A DNA stretch of 64,000 bases from Cyanophora paradoxa CCMP329 (Eukaryota; Plantae; Glaucophyta), in the NCBI GenBank assembly GCA_004431415.1, contig QPMI01000600.1, positions 1 through 64,000 of the forward strand. The letters run 5' to 3'. The notes under the pieces are model-generated. The model was not told the origin of the DNA and did not search any database. It worked only from the letters and a program-made list of their open reading frames with translations. Every line of letters begins with the position of its first letter. Positions within the stretch are counted from its first letter, which is position 1. Of this stretch, positions 21,870 to 31,151 are shown one piece after another. The translations under genes were made by a program, and so were the position numbers.

Positions 21870-22664
21870 ATGCCTATACCAAGTTCTGATTTGGAGGAAT
21901 TCAATGCTGGTGAAATGATAGAACCCCCTTTTCGACTACTCATACTAGGTAAAAGTGGATGCGGAAAAACTGAAGCTGTAAAATATTATTTGAAGCAGCT
22001 GCATGATGCCAAAAAGATTGATACAACACTTATTATATCCGCTACCTCATTTTCACATTTTTGGGACAAAGCTGCTACTGTTCAACTGGGTGCATGGGAT
22101 CCCCAATACATGTCGAAAATTATAAAAGAAAGAGAGGCAAAAAGGGAGAAAGGAGAAGAACTTAACCATATGCTGGTGATTTTAGAGGATATGATAGAAA
22201 ATGACCAGCTGGATCTCAGTCGAGATAAAACAGTGGGAATGCTTTATGTTCGTGGCAGACATGTCAATATATCAATTATAACTATTTCCCAAAAATTAAG
22301 AAAGGTCGCAAGTGTTATTCGCTGCAATAGTGATATAGTAATTATGGTTTGTGCAAGCAATCAAAAAGAGCTGGAAGCATTTGCAGAGGAGTTTTCGACT
22401 TTTCCTCGCAAAGAAGATTTCTATCAACTGTTTGAAGAGTATGTCCACTCATATCAATTCCTTGTTTATACATCTTTCAAGTATAATGTGGGCTACTATG
22501 TTGATAAAGCCGATTTAGTTGGAGATTTCGATTTTCCTCGCTTCCACAGGAAGCCCAAGAAGAAAGAAGATGAACTGAAACCACCAGAGAAAGAGGAAGC
22601 CCCTAAAGAAGTGAAAAGCCAAGTCCATAGCAATAAATTGATGCGATATAAACGCGGTTTATAA
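21870..22664 (+). CDS. A32-like (FtsK-HerA) DNA packaging ATPase
   Basis: Walker A GKSGCGKT, Walker B LVILEDM, and RGRHVNISIITISQ motif. Confidence 0.9.
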   Translation: MPIPSSDLEEFNAGEMIEPPFRLLILGKSGCGKTEAVKYYLKQLHDAKKIDTTLIISATSFSHFWDKAATVQLGAWDPQYMSKIIKEREAKREKGEELNHMLVILEDMIENDQLDLSRDKTVGMLYVRGRHVNISIITISQKLRKVASVIRCNSDIVIMVCASNQKELEAFAEEFSTFPRKEDFYQLFEEYVHSYQFLVYTSFKYNVGYYVDKADLVGDFDFPRFHRKPKKKEDELKPPEKEEAPKEVKSQVHSNKLMRYKRGL

Positions 22665-22692
22665 AATTATCTCTCATTCTAATAAAGATACA

Positions 22693-23427
22693 ATGCCTCC
22701 CAAACGAAAAATAGGGATCCCAGCTGGGGCTGTTGGCTATTCAGGTGGTGGAAACAATGGATCCATTAACACAGATCCACTAAAATTCAATGGTATGAAT
22801 GAGGTGAAGCCCTCACAGCAAGAAGAGGACCCTCTTAATGCTGCCTATGAGGAATCAGTCGATGACAAAGCCCCACAGGCTTCAACCAGTGACCAACTCA
22901 ACATTTCACCTGAAGCCTCAAAGATGAAGGCTGTTGCTGAGGGAGCCAGGCGAATTATTGGTGCTGCTGATGATAAAGGTTTAGGCTTGCAAGATCTTTC
23001 ACTGGCTCGCAAAGGTGAGGGTCTTAGTAAGGAATCAGACAAGGTAATTCAGTCTATGGCTGGTGAAGTCACATACAAGACTGCTCCAACTCAAAATATT
23101 CATCGAATTCCCAAGGCTCAATGGGATGAGATGACTGCTAAACTCAAAGATCTGGAAGCCAAATCAAGTGCCTTGGAGCAGTATGTTACTGAGAAGAAAG
23201 AGAGAGCCAAGCTAAAGGAGATGCTTCGAAAGGAAGTTTATAAAATGGGAATCACTGGTGTCCCGGATAAACAGTTTATTGCTAAGAAAGAGAACCAAAT
23301 CGATGAGCAGGCAGTAGATGAAATGAAAACAAAGACCCAAAAGGGAACCATTGAACCTGGTGCCACCAAAGCTGAAGTAGAAAAGGGAGTTGCCCCAACA
23401 GTATATAAAAGACGAGTTTGGCTTTAA
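22693..23427 (+). CDS. Hypothetical viral protein (244 aa, charged/coiled-coil)
   Basis: Long ORF in the compact viral gene array with an N-terminal PPKRK NLS-like motif; no family recognised. Confidence 0.6.
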   Translation: MPPKRKIGIPAGAVGYSGGGNNGSINTDPLKFNGMNEVKPSQQEEDPLNAAYEESVDDKAPQASTSDQLNISPEASKMKAVAEGARRIIGAADDKGLGLQDLSLARKGEGLSKESDKVIQSMAGEVTYKTAPTQNIHRIPKAQWDEMTAKLKDLEAKSSALEQYVTEKKERAKLKEMLRKEVYKMGITGVPDKQFIAKKENQIDEQAVDEMKTKTQKGTIEPGATKAEVEKGVAPTVYKRRVWL

Positions 23428-23449
23428 TTTTCTCTGTTTTATTAGAGAT

Positions 23450-23731
23450 ATGGACATAATACGAAAGTTCTTCGAGATGTTCAGTCTGCATGTGGTGAGC
23501 AATTGCCACAGTGGATGTTGTGAGACAACAGTGGAGTTTGAGATGTCAGATAATGAGGATAATGCCTCAGAAGCAAGAGAGAGAAGGAGATCAACAGTTT
23601 CTGTGGAGTCAATGCCAGCAGACCCCACAGAGTATACATATGAGCAACAGGAGCAACAGGAGTATCCAAGGAGAAGTTCTCTGCCAGCAGAAAACGTTTT
23701 CTCTGGGAATATAAATGGAGGATACTATTAG
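23450..23731 (+). CDS. Small hypothetical viral protein with CHSGCC motif
   Basis: Fills the gap between neighbouring genes; ATG at 23450. Confidence 0.4.
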   Translation: MDIIRKFFEMFSLHVVSNCHSGCCETTVEFEMSDNEDNASEARERRRSTVSVESMPADPTEYTYEQQEQQEYPRRSSLPAENVFSGNINGGYY

Positions 23732-24062
23732 TTTAATCGAGTTTACCAGTGATGAACCTGTTACTGAGGGTTCTATAAGACACATTCTAGCAATGCAGAA
23801 ACGATATAGAGAGGACCCAGCATATAGAGAGTATAAAAAGCAGCAAGCCCTGGCATCCTATTATCGCAGAAAAGCCCAAAAAGAGGAGCAGAGACCCAGA
23901 GGTAGACCAATTAAATATTATTTGCCTACTGAAAGTAGCAATGGACCCCAGGTCTATAAGATAATTGAGAAAAAGCGGTCTCAGTATGCCACTGAGGCAG
24001 CTATAAAAGTTTACAGACAGGAACTGGTGTTCGCAACAAAAAATGACTTAAGGAAAAAGTAG
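23715..24062 (+). CDS. Small basic AT-hook-like DNA-binding protein
   Basis: YREYKKQQALASYYRRK...PRGRPIKY; paralogous to the next ORF. Confidence 0.55.
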   Translation: MEDTISLIEFTSDEPVTEGSIRHILAMQKRYREDPAYREYKKQQALASYYRRKAQKEEQRPRGRPIKYYLPTESSNGPQVYKIIEKKRSQYATEAAIKVYRQELVFATKNDLRKK

Positions 24063-24111
24063 ATAGATTGTATTGAGGAAAAATTATTTTCGTATCTACT
24101 ATTAAAGAGAA

Positions 24112-24438
24112 ATGCCGAATATCCGCAAGATACTCACAGATGATGAAAAAGCAGAGAAGCTGAGACTGAAAAGGGAGCAAGATGCCCAAAGAAAACGCGA
24201 AGCCTATCATAAAAAGAAGCAGGAACGATTATCCCAAGGAGCCGCTACAGTTCACACACCAGAAGAACTCAAAAAGATTGCCCTCAGACACCAGAGGAAA
24301 TACAGGGAAAATGAAGAATATCGCGAGCAAAAAAAGGCAAAAGCGCTGGAATATTACCACAAGAAGAAAGATGAACAGCCCAAGAAACCCAAAGAGCATA
24401 AACCGGTTGGAAGACCTCGGAAATATATCGAAGAATAA
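24112..24438 (+). CDS. Small basic AT-hook-like DNA-binding protein
   Basis: YREQKKAKALEYYHKKK...VGRPRKY. Confidence 0.6.
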   Translation: MPNIRKILTDDEKAEKLRLKREQDAQRKREAYHKKKQERLSQGAATVHTPEELKKIALRHQRKYRENEEYREQKKAKALEYYHKKKDEQPKKPKEHKPVGRPRKYIEE

Positions 24439-24655
24439 ATTCTCGATCGAAACAAATTTTGTAGAAATCGATTTGATCGGAGGCAAAAAAATGACAGCTT
24501 TCTTCCCTCTTTTTTAAAACTGTACCTATATATCGAGACAGTATCCCGACCCAAAACTACTTAAGGACTTGGCAAATAATAGGATATATATAAAAGACAA
24601 TTCCTCCTTCCGAAATTATTTTCTTCGTTAAAGGTAGAAGTCCCCAAAATCGAAA

Positions 24656-27249
24656 ATGAACAAAATCGAGAAATTCGCCACCCCTGTTGAAAATGCTACA
24701 TTCCTTAGTACTCTCATTGGTGATCGCAACAAGGTCACCCATGTATTTGATTCTGCCGAAGATGCCCTTGAAGCCATTGATAATAGCAAGGTTAAGACCT
24801 GGGCTGAATGCATTCAACCTGAGCAAGTGACCAGAGTTTACCTGGACCTGGATAAATTCGCTGATTTGAAGGAGAACATTGCTGATAACTATGCTGAGGC
24901 GGAAACTGTTGTAAGAGAGATGAGAGATAAGCTATGGAAGCGATCTGGTACCACTTCTATTAACGATATTGCTGTTGCAGTTCGCCATAGAAGGGTTTAT
25001 TTGATTAAGGAGGATGTCACCAAGTTCAAGATTTCAGCCCACTTTATTATTAAATCGCTTGCATGCAAACATGAAGATATCCCCAAGCTTTTCAAAGCGA
25101 TGGGATTGGTGAAAAATGAGGATTATGACAGTGGAGTTTACAGCTCCACACAGAACCTAATCTGCCTCAATTGCTGCAAAGGTGAGACTCTGGATGCTCA
25201 AAATAAGTCGAAAAAAGATGTTGATAAAAACGTTTGCTTTAAGAAATTCGTTGACTGTGACAAAGTGTTAATGCGAAATGAGGACTTCTTTGTATCTTAC
25301 TTCTCAGCTACTACTAAACTTGTGGATGAATCAAATATTTCTGCATTTGCAAATTATACTCCTGAGCCAAAACCAGTTAAAAAGGAGCCAAAAAGTGATA
25401 AAGTGAAGACTGAGAAGGTAGAAGCTGAAAAAGACACTGAACCCGAAAATCCTGTTACTTTCGAACTGCTACAAAGTGTTATAATGGGTCTCAATGCTGA
25501 AAGAGCCAGCGAGTATAAGACTTGGATTGATGTTGGACTGGTCATCATCAATGTTGGGGAAGACAACAAATTTACCCCTAAAATGCAGGCTGAACTCTTC
25601 CACCAATTCTCAGAACAGAGTGACAAGTATGATTATGATGAATGCCAGGAAAAGTTTACACAGCTTCGCAGAAGCAAGAAGAAGGCTGAGCCTGGCAAAG
25701 TGTTGACCTTCAAATCCTTGGTTTATTGGTTGAGCAAAGATAACAATGAGCTTTTCAAGGAACTCTTCCCCAAAAAGTATGCATTCCTACCAGAGGACAC
25801 AGATGAAATCGATTACAAGACTGCAAGTATCCCTCCTTTGGCTGAACATTACAATGTGCATAAGAGGTATTTCAATGCTCGCATGCATCATGTTGAAAAT
25901 GTTGGTTGTGTGATGCTCTGGGATGAACAACTACTTTGCTGGATGCCCAAAGACATTGGAAAACTGTCTACAAAGCATTTCCCCACTTGATGCATAAGGT
26001 GATTGTGAATGAGGGGACAGATAATGAGAAAGAGAAATGGGAGCAATCATTTAGGAAATGGATTGTGGATCCAACAGCCACAAGATCAACTTACATGGAT
26101 TTCCTCCCACCTCCTGCTACTCTCAGTGCAAAATGCAAGTCTGTATTTAATCTCTATCCAGGAATGAAGGTCGACCATCAGCAATTCGAAAATGCTCCAG
26201 AGGATGTAACTGCTGAGATGATTAAGCCTTTCCTTGATCACTTGTTCTTAATGTCTGGTGAGGATCAAAATACCTATGAATATCTGTTGAAATGGTTTGC
26301 CCACATGCTGCAAAAGCCTGGGGAACTCAATGGAGTATCCTTAATCTTCATTGGTGAACAGGGAACTGGTAAGAATGTGTTGGTTGATACTTTCCAAAAG
26401 AAGATACTTGGAGATGCCCTGAGTTATGCAACTGGTAAGCCAAAAGAGGATCTGTTTGGTCGATTTGCCCACAATAGAGAGGATAAGATCTTGATTGTTG
26501 TGAATGAAGCCTCAGGCAAGGACACATTCGAAAATAATGATATGCTTAAAGATCTCATTACTTCTGATAAGATTGTTATTGAACACAAAGGGATAGATTC
26601 ATACACAAAAAGCAACTTTGCCAGGATTATATTCACCAGCAATAACAACATTCCAGTTAAAATTGAAGCTGGAGATAGGCGATTTGTGGTTGTTGAAGTT
26701 AGTAAGAAATTCGCAAAGGATAGGTCATACTTCCTTCCACTTGTAAAATGGCTTAATGATCACTGCAATATTCGAAACATTGCCCACTATTTGAGAACCA
26801 AAGTTGAATGTGAGGATGTGAACTGGATTGCTGATAGACCCCTTACAAATAAATACTATTTAGCCCAGCAGGTGTGCGCTCCAATCATCCTTATGTTCAC
26901 TAAGTGGCTTGTGGATCGAGGCTTAATTTCCGAGAATAAATGCAAGTCTGGTAGCCTTGTGGAAACCTGGAAATGGTTCCAGGAGTTCATTACCAGCAAT
27001 AAATATAAAAACGATTATAATAGTCGCAGATATTATACAGAAATGCGAAGTGTTACATATATCCAAGTGAAAACTACAAATGGTAAACAATACTATCATT
27101 TCCTATTCCCACAAGTATTTGAGGAATTCAGAAAGATGAAGCTTGTAGATGATGAGACCATTGAGGAAGAAGCTAATCCAAGGATGAAACAAGAACTACC
27201 TGCTGCTGATCCTGATGCATCAGATTATGACTCTGATGTTGAAGTTTAG
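24656..27249 (+). CDS. AEP primase-PriCT2-SF3 (D5-like) helicase; frameshifted at ~25960
   Basis: ORF 24656..25990 has RVYLDLD, KISAHF and a PriCT-2-like EYKTWIDVG..FSEQSDKYD. Overlapping -1 ORF 25936..27249 has Walker A GEQGTGKN, VVNEA, IFTSNN and DRRF. Confidence 0.85.
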
Positions 27250-27335
27250 GTTTACTCAAAAGTGGACTCACAGTTGACTCAAATTTATCATAAAAGACCC
27301 AAACAGTCTTTTATTTATGGTTTATTTATCGATTA

Positions 27336-27440
27336 GGTTGACTAAGTGGGGGAGTTGACTCATTTTTTCACAGATTCTAAAAGAGGACTCTGCCCTAAAA
27401 AGAAATAAAAAGTGCCTCAACTCCACCCACTAAGTCAACC
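27336..27440. repeat. Internal copy of the TIR GTTGACT inverted-repeat module
   Basis: GGTTGACTAAGTGGGGGAGTTGAC...TCAACTCCACCCACTAAGTCAACC matches TIR 7145-7254. Confidence 0.8.
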
Positions 27441-27491
27441 AAAAAATGATTTAAGAGATAGAAAAATATATTTATATGTAACTAGTAAGAA

Positions 27492-27842
27492 ATGGCTGGA
27501 ACAGATCATGATTCTGGATCGATCTATATGATTGAGAGTCAGGAAATGAACAAAGTCTACATAGGAAGAACCTCACAGCCACTTCAAAAAAGATGGAGAC
27601 AACACAAATCAGGTCAAATGCCATCTACAGCAGACCTATGCAAGGCTTCTGATGTGAAGTTCTCAGTCCTGTATTCAAGTAAGAAGGGTGGGCATGAAGA
27701 CCTTATGAACAGAGAAGCATATTACATGTATTTGTTTGAACCTTGGATAGTCAATCTACAAAAACCGAAATCTCGATTTAGGATTAATAGGTTTTTGCGA
27801 TTTCATTCAGAGGAAGCCAATGGATCCATTAAAACATTTTAA
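27492..27842 (+). CDS. GIY-YIG endonuclease
   Basis: GSIYMIES...VYIGRT...KRWRQH...NREAYY. Confidence 0.85.
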   Translation: MAGTDHDSGSIYMIESQEMNKVYIGRTSQPLQKRWRQHKSGQMPSTADLCKASDVKFSVLYSSKKGGHEDLMNREAYYMYLFEPWIVNLQKPKSRFRINRFLRFHSEEANGSIKTF

Positions 27843-27902
27843 ATTGCGTTTAGAACATCCTAAAATAAAATATCCCCTTAGAATAGGAACAAGTTAGGAA
27901 TA

Positions 27903-30900
27903 ATGCCCCGAATTACCAACAAACTCATAAGGGAGAAGAAATGGGAACTCATGGGATTGCTGGGAACACTATATGCAGCCCATGAAATAACAGAGGCTGA
28001 ATATGACCGGGAAATAGATTTAATTGCAAGGGGCAGACCCACTTTAAGCAGATTAACCAGAAAAGCAAATAACCTATATGATAAAATTGAAACCTTGGAT
28101 GAACTGGATAGGCTTAGGCAAATAGAACCAGAGGCAGAAGATGGAACAGCCATGAATGAATTATATCGCTGGCTCACTTACAGAGCCAGAAGGGAAGTTG
28201 TTGTAGATGTGATTGAATTCCTGGACGGAATTGCTACATCCCTTCCTAATCGATTAAAGCAGGGTTTAGATCAATTCAGGGCAATCAAGGTTCGCTTGTC
28301 TTTTATCTGCAAGTTCGTAAAAGTGAGCAATCCACAGGTTTGGATATCGAAATACATTTACAGTGATTACTTTGTATTAACCAGGTCGAGAAATATTCGA
28401 ACTGAGCTGAATAAAGCAGCCCAAATGTGTCAGGAGCAGATGAATGTGGTTGATAGCTATCGCTTAGAAAGAATTGAAATACTCAGAGTGGCTATTATGA
28501 GTTATGCTCCAACTGGTGGTTGCTTTCTACAAACCCCAGAGTGGATTGCTAGGAAGAGAGCCACAGTGAATATTCGAAATATTGATGATTCCTGCTTCGA
28601 AAATGCGATTTTAGCCTCGATTTACAGAAAATCTATTAACTCCCATAAGAGGAATGAGCTTTCACAATATCGCAAATGGAAATACTCAGCAATCGCTTAT
28701 AATCCGCTGGCTCTGAATTTCGATAACATCCCATTCCCTGTTGCCTGTGATGCTGAGATTATTGATAAATTCGAGGCTCAAAATGCAGGCATTAGCATTA
28801 ATATATTTGGAATCGATGGAGAGGTTATTTATCCCCTGCATCAATCCAGTAACCCAGGCAGAAAGCATAAGGTTAATCTCATGCTGATATTTGATGATGA
28901 AGGGAATGGTCATTATATTACAATCATGTCCCTTTCAAGATTATTGAAAGTAAACCATGAAACATACAATGATCAAAAGTTACACTACTGTGATACATGC
29001 TTATCTCGATTCAGGTCTGAGGCTAAACTCACTGCTCATGTGGACTCAAACAGATGCATTGATTGGAGACTCTCAAAGGGAATCACCCCTAAACCTGAGA
29101 CCACCATAGAGTTTGGACTGAAAAACCTCAGGAAAACTGTGTGGCTTCCTGTTGTGGTTTACTGCAAGATTGAACATAGAAGCATCCCCATTGATGCATC
29201 GAAATCCAAAAGGGAAGTCTCAGCAGTCAACCTGAGAGTAGTCACTGGGGAAGATGTTCAAGATTTTCGATTTGAGGGGCAGGATCCAATGGGAGGTCTC
29301 TTTGAATGCTTGGAGTCCAAAGCTAGAGAACTAATCGATTTCCTGTTCACCAATATTCCAATGAATGAACTCACAGATGAGCAAAAGGCTATTTACAGGG
29401 CTACTAAACACTGTTACCTTTGCAGTGAGAGGTTCACTAAGGAAAACTTCAAATGCAGAGATCATGATCACCACACAGGTAATTACATTGCACCTGCATG
29501 CAGAAACTGCAATCTCCATAGGAGAATCTCAAAGCAAACCAAAGTTGCAGTTGTTGTTGACCAAATGGATGACTGTGGGACATTCATTTTCAGAAAAATA
29601 GCAGGCATGGGTGATAAAAAGCGAATCGAAATCCTTTCGAAAAACTTTGATCAATACCTGTCATTGCAATGGGGTCTTTACAAGTTCATTGATGCAAGCA
29701 ATTTCATGGATTTTGGAGCTGCTGATGTAGATGAGTTAATGAACAAATTCCAGGCTTTTAGAAGGCTTTCACACTCAGTATATGGATTGGACCCAGTTCA
29801 TTATGTATCTGCACCTGGGTTATCTTGGGATGCTATGCTTAGGACCACCAAGGCAAAAATAGAGCTTATAAGTGATGTAGAGCAATACGAATTTGTTGAG
29901 AGGGGAATCAGGGGTGGCTTTGCAACAATGCCTTGTAGGTATGCTGAGGCTGATGGTGAAAACTCCCACATTATGCTGTTTGATGCTAACAACTTGTATG
30001 GCTACTGTTTGAGTCAGCCAATCCCAGTTGGTGATTTTAGATGGGAGACCGAATTCAACCCACAAGATAACAGATCCAGTTTCCTGGAAGTTGATCTGGA
30101 TTACCCAATTAGGCTATATCTAGACCACAGTGATTTCCCCCTAATTATTAACAAGAAAATAGTAGAATATGCGGAATTATCACAATATCAAAAGAGCCTA
30201 TTAGATCTTTCAGGAGAAGAGCTTGATAAGACCCCTAAGCTAACTGCAACCTTTGGTTCTGTGACAAACTATGTGATTTCTGAGCCTCTCCTACAGTATC
30301 TGTTGGACAAAGGGGTGAAATTAAAGAAGGTTCACAGGGTCCTATCATTTACTGTGGCTCCTGTAATGAAATCTTATATTGAGCTGAACACTGAGATGAG
30401 AAGGAAAGCAGTGAATAAATTCGAGGCTGATTTCTATAAACTGATGAATAATTCAATCTATGGGAAATGCATTGAATCATGTAGAGGTAGATCTGTGGTT
30501 AAGATTGCAAACAGTGAAAAGCTATTTATGAAATATGCAGCCTCTCCATTGGTGAAATCAACAAGCCCCATAAACGAAAAAGCAGTTGCCTTTGAGTTTT
30601 ACACAAAGCATGTGAAACTAGATAAGCCTGTTGCAATTGGGGCTTATGTTTTGGATGCAGCCAAACTGCATAATTACCAGTTCTTCTATGATACTATAAG
30701 GTCCCAATGGTCCAAAGCCAAATTACTATTCCATGATACTGATTCCTTTTGTCTATATATCGAATCTAAGACCCTACAAAAAGATATAGAGAATATATCC
30801 TATGCATTAGACCTTGGAGGTGATTCCAGAATGACCCCAGGTAAATACAAAAATGAGATGCCAGGTTCTGCTTTATTGGAGTATGTGGGTCTAAGAGCCA

Positions 30901-31148
30901 AAGTTTACAGTTTCAGAACTGCTGAGATTGAGAGAAGTAAGCTCTCTGGGACTTCCACTGAGGAACTCCAATTTAATGATTTTAAGCAGTGTTTATTTGC
31001 AGGTATCAGCAAGACTGTGACTGCAAAGCAGAAAAGAAGGGCAGACCACACAATAATAGATACTGTGAGTAGAAGGGTTGCCCTAAACTGCTTTGATGCA
31101 AAGAGATACATCTTACCAGATGGTATTAATTCTGTTCCTTTTAATTAA
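27903..31148 (+). CDS. polB: Protein-primed family B DNA polymerase (Polinton type)
   Basis: Polymerase motifs FDANNLYG, KLMNNSIYGK, HDTDS and RAKVYS, plus a Polinton-typical DHDHHTG..CxxCN endonuclease VII-like insert. Confidence 0.92.
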   Translation: MPRITNKLIREKKWELMGLLGTLYAAHEITEAEYDREIDLIARGRPTLSRLTRKANNLYDKIETLDELDRLRQIEPEAEDGTAMNELYRWLTYRARREVVVDVIEFLDGIATSLPNRLKQGLDQFRAIKVRLSFICKFVKVSNPQVWISKYIYSDYFVLTRSRNIRTELNKAAQMCQEQMNVVDSYRLERIEILRVAIMSYAPTGGCFLQTPEWIARKRATVNIRNIDDSCFENAILASIYRKSINSHKRNELSQYRKWKYSAIAYNPLALNFDNIPFPVACDAEIIDKFEAQNAGISINIFGIDGEVIYPLHQSSNPGRKHKVNLMLIFDDEGNGHYITIMSLSRLLKVNHETYNDQKLHYCDTCLSRFRSEAKLTAHVDSNRCIDWRLSKGITPKPETTIEFGLKNLRKTVWLPVVVYCKIEHRSIPIDASKSKREVSAVNLRVVTGEDVQDFRFEGQDPMGGLFECLESKARELIDFLFTNIPMNELTDEQKAIYRATKHCYLCSERFTKENFKCRDHDHHTGNYIAPACRNCNLHRRISKQTKVAVVVDQMDDCGTFIFRKIAGMGDKKRIEILSKNFDQYLSLQWGLYKFIDASNFMDFGAADVDELMNKFQAFRRLSHSVYGLDPVHYVSAPGLSWDAMLRTTKAKIELISDVEQYEFVERGIRGGFATMPCRYAEADGENSHIMLFDANNLYGYCLSQPIPVGDFRWETEFNPQDNRSSFLEVDLDYPIRLYLDHSDFPLIINKKIVEYAELSQYQKSLLDLSGEELDKTPKLTATFGSVTNYVISEPLLQYLLDKGVKLKKVHRVLSFTVAPVMKSYIELNTEMRRKAVNKFEADFYKLMNNSIYGKCIESCRGRSVVKIANSEKLFMKYAASPLVKSTSPINEKAVAFEFYTKHVKLDKPVAIGAYVLDAAKLHNYQFFYDTIRSQWSKAKLLFHDTDSFCLYIESKTLQKDIENISYALDLGGDSRMTPGKYKNEMPGSALLEYVGLRAKVYSFRTAEIERSKLSGTSTEELQFNDFKQCLFAGISKTVTAKQKRRADHTIIDTVSRRVALNCFDAKRYILPDGINSVPFN

Positions 31149-31151
31149 GAG

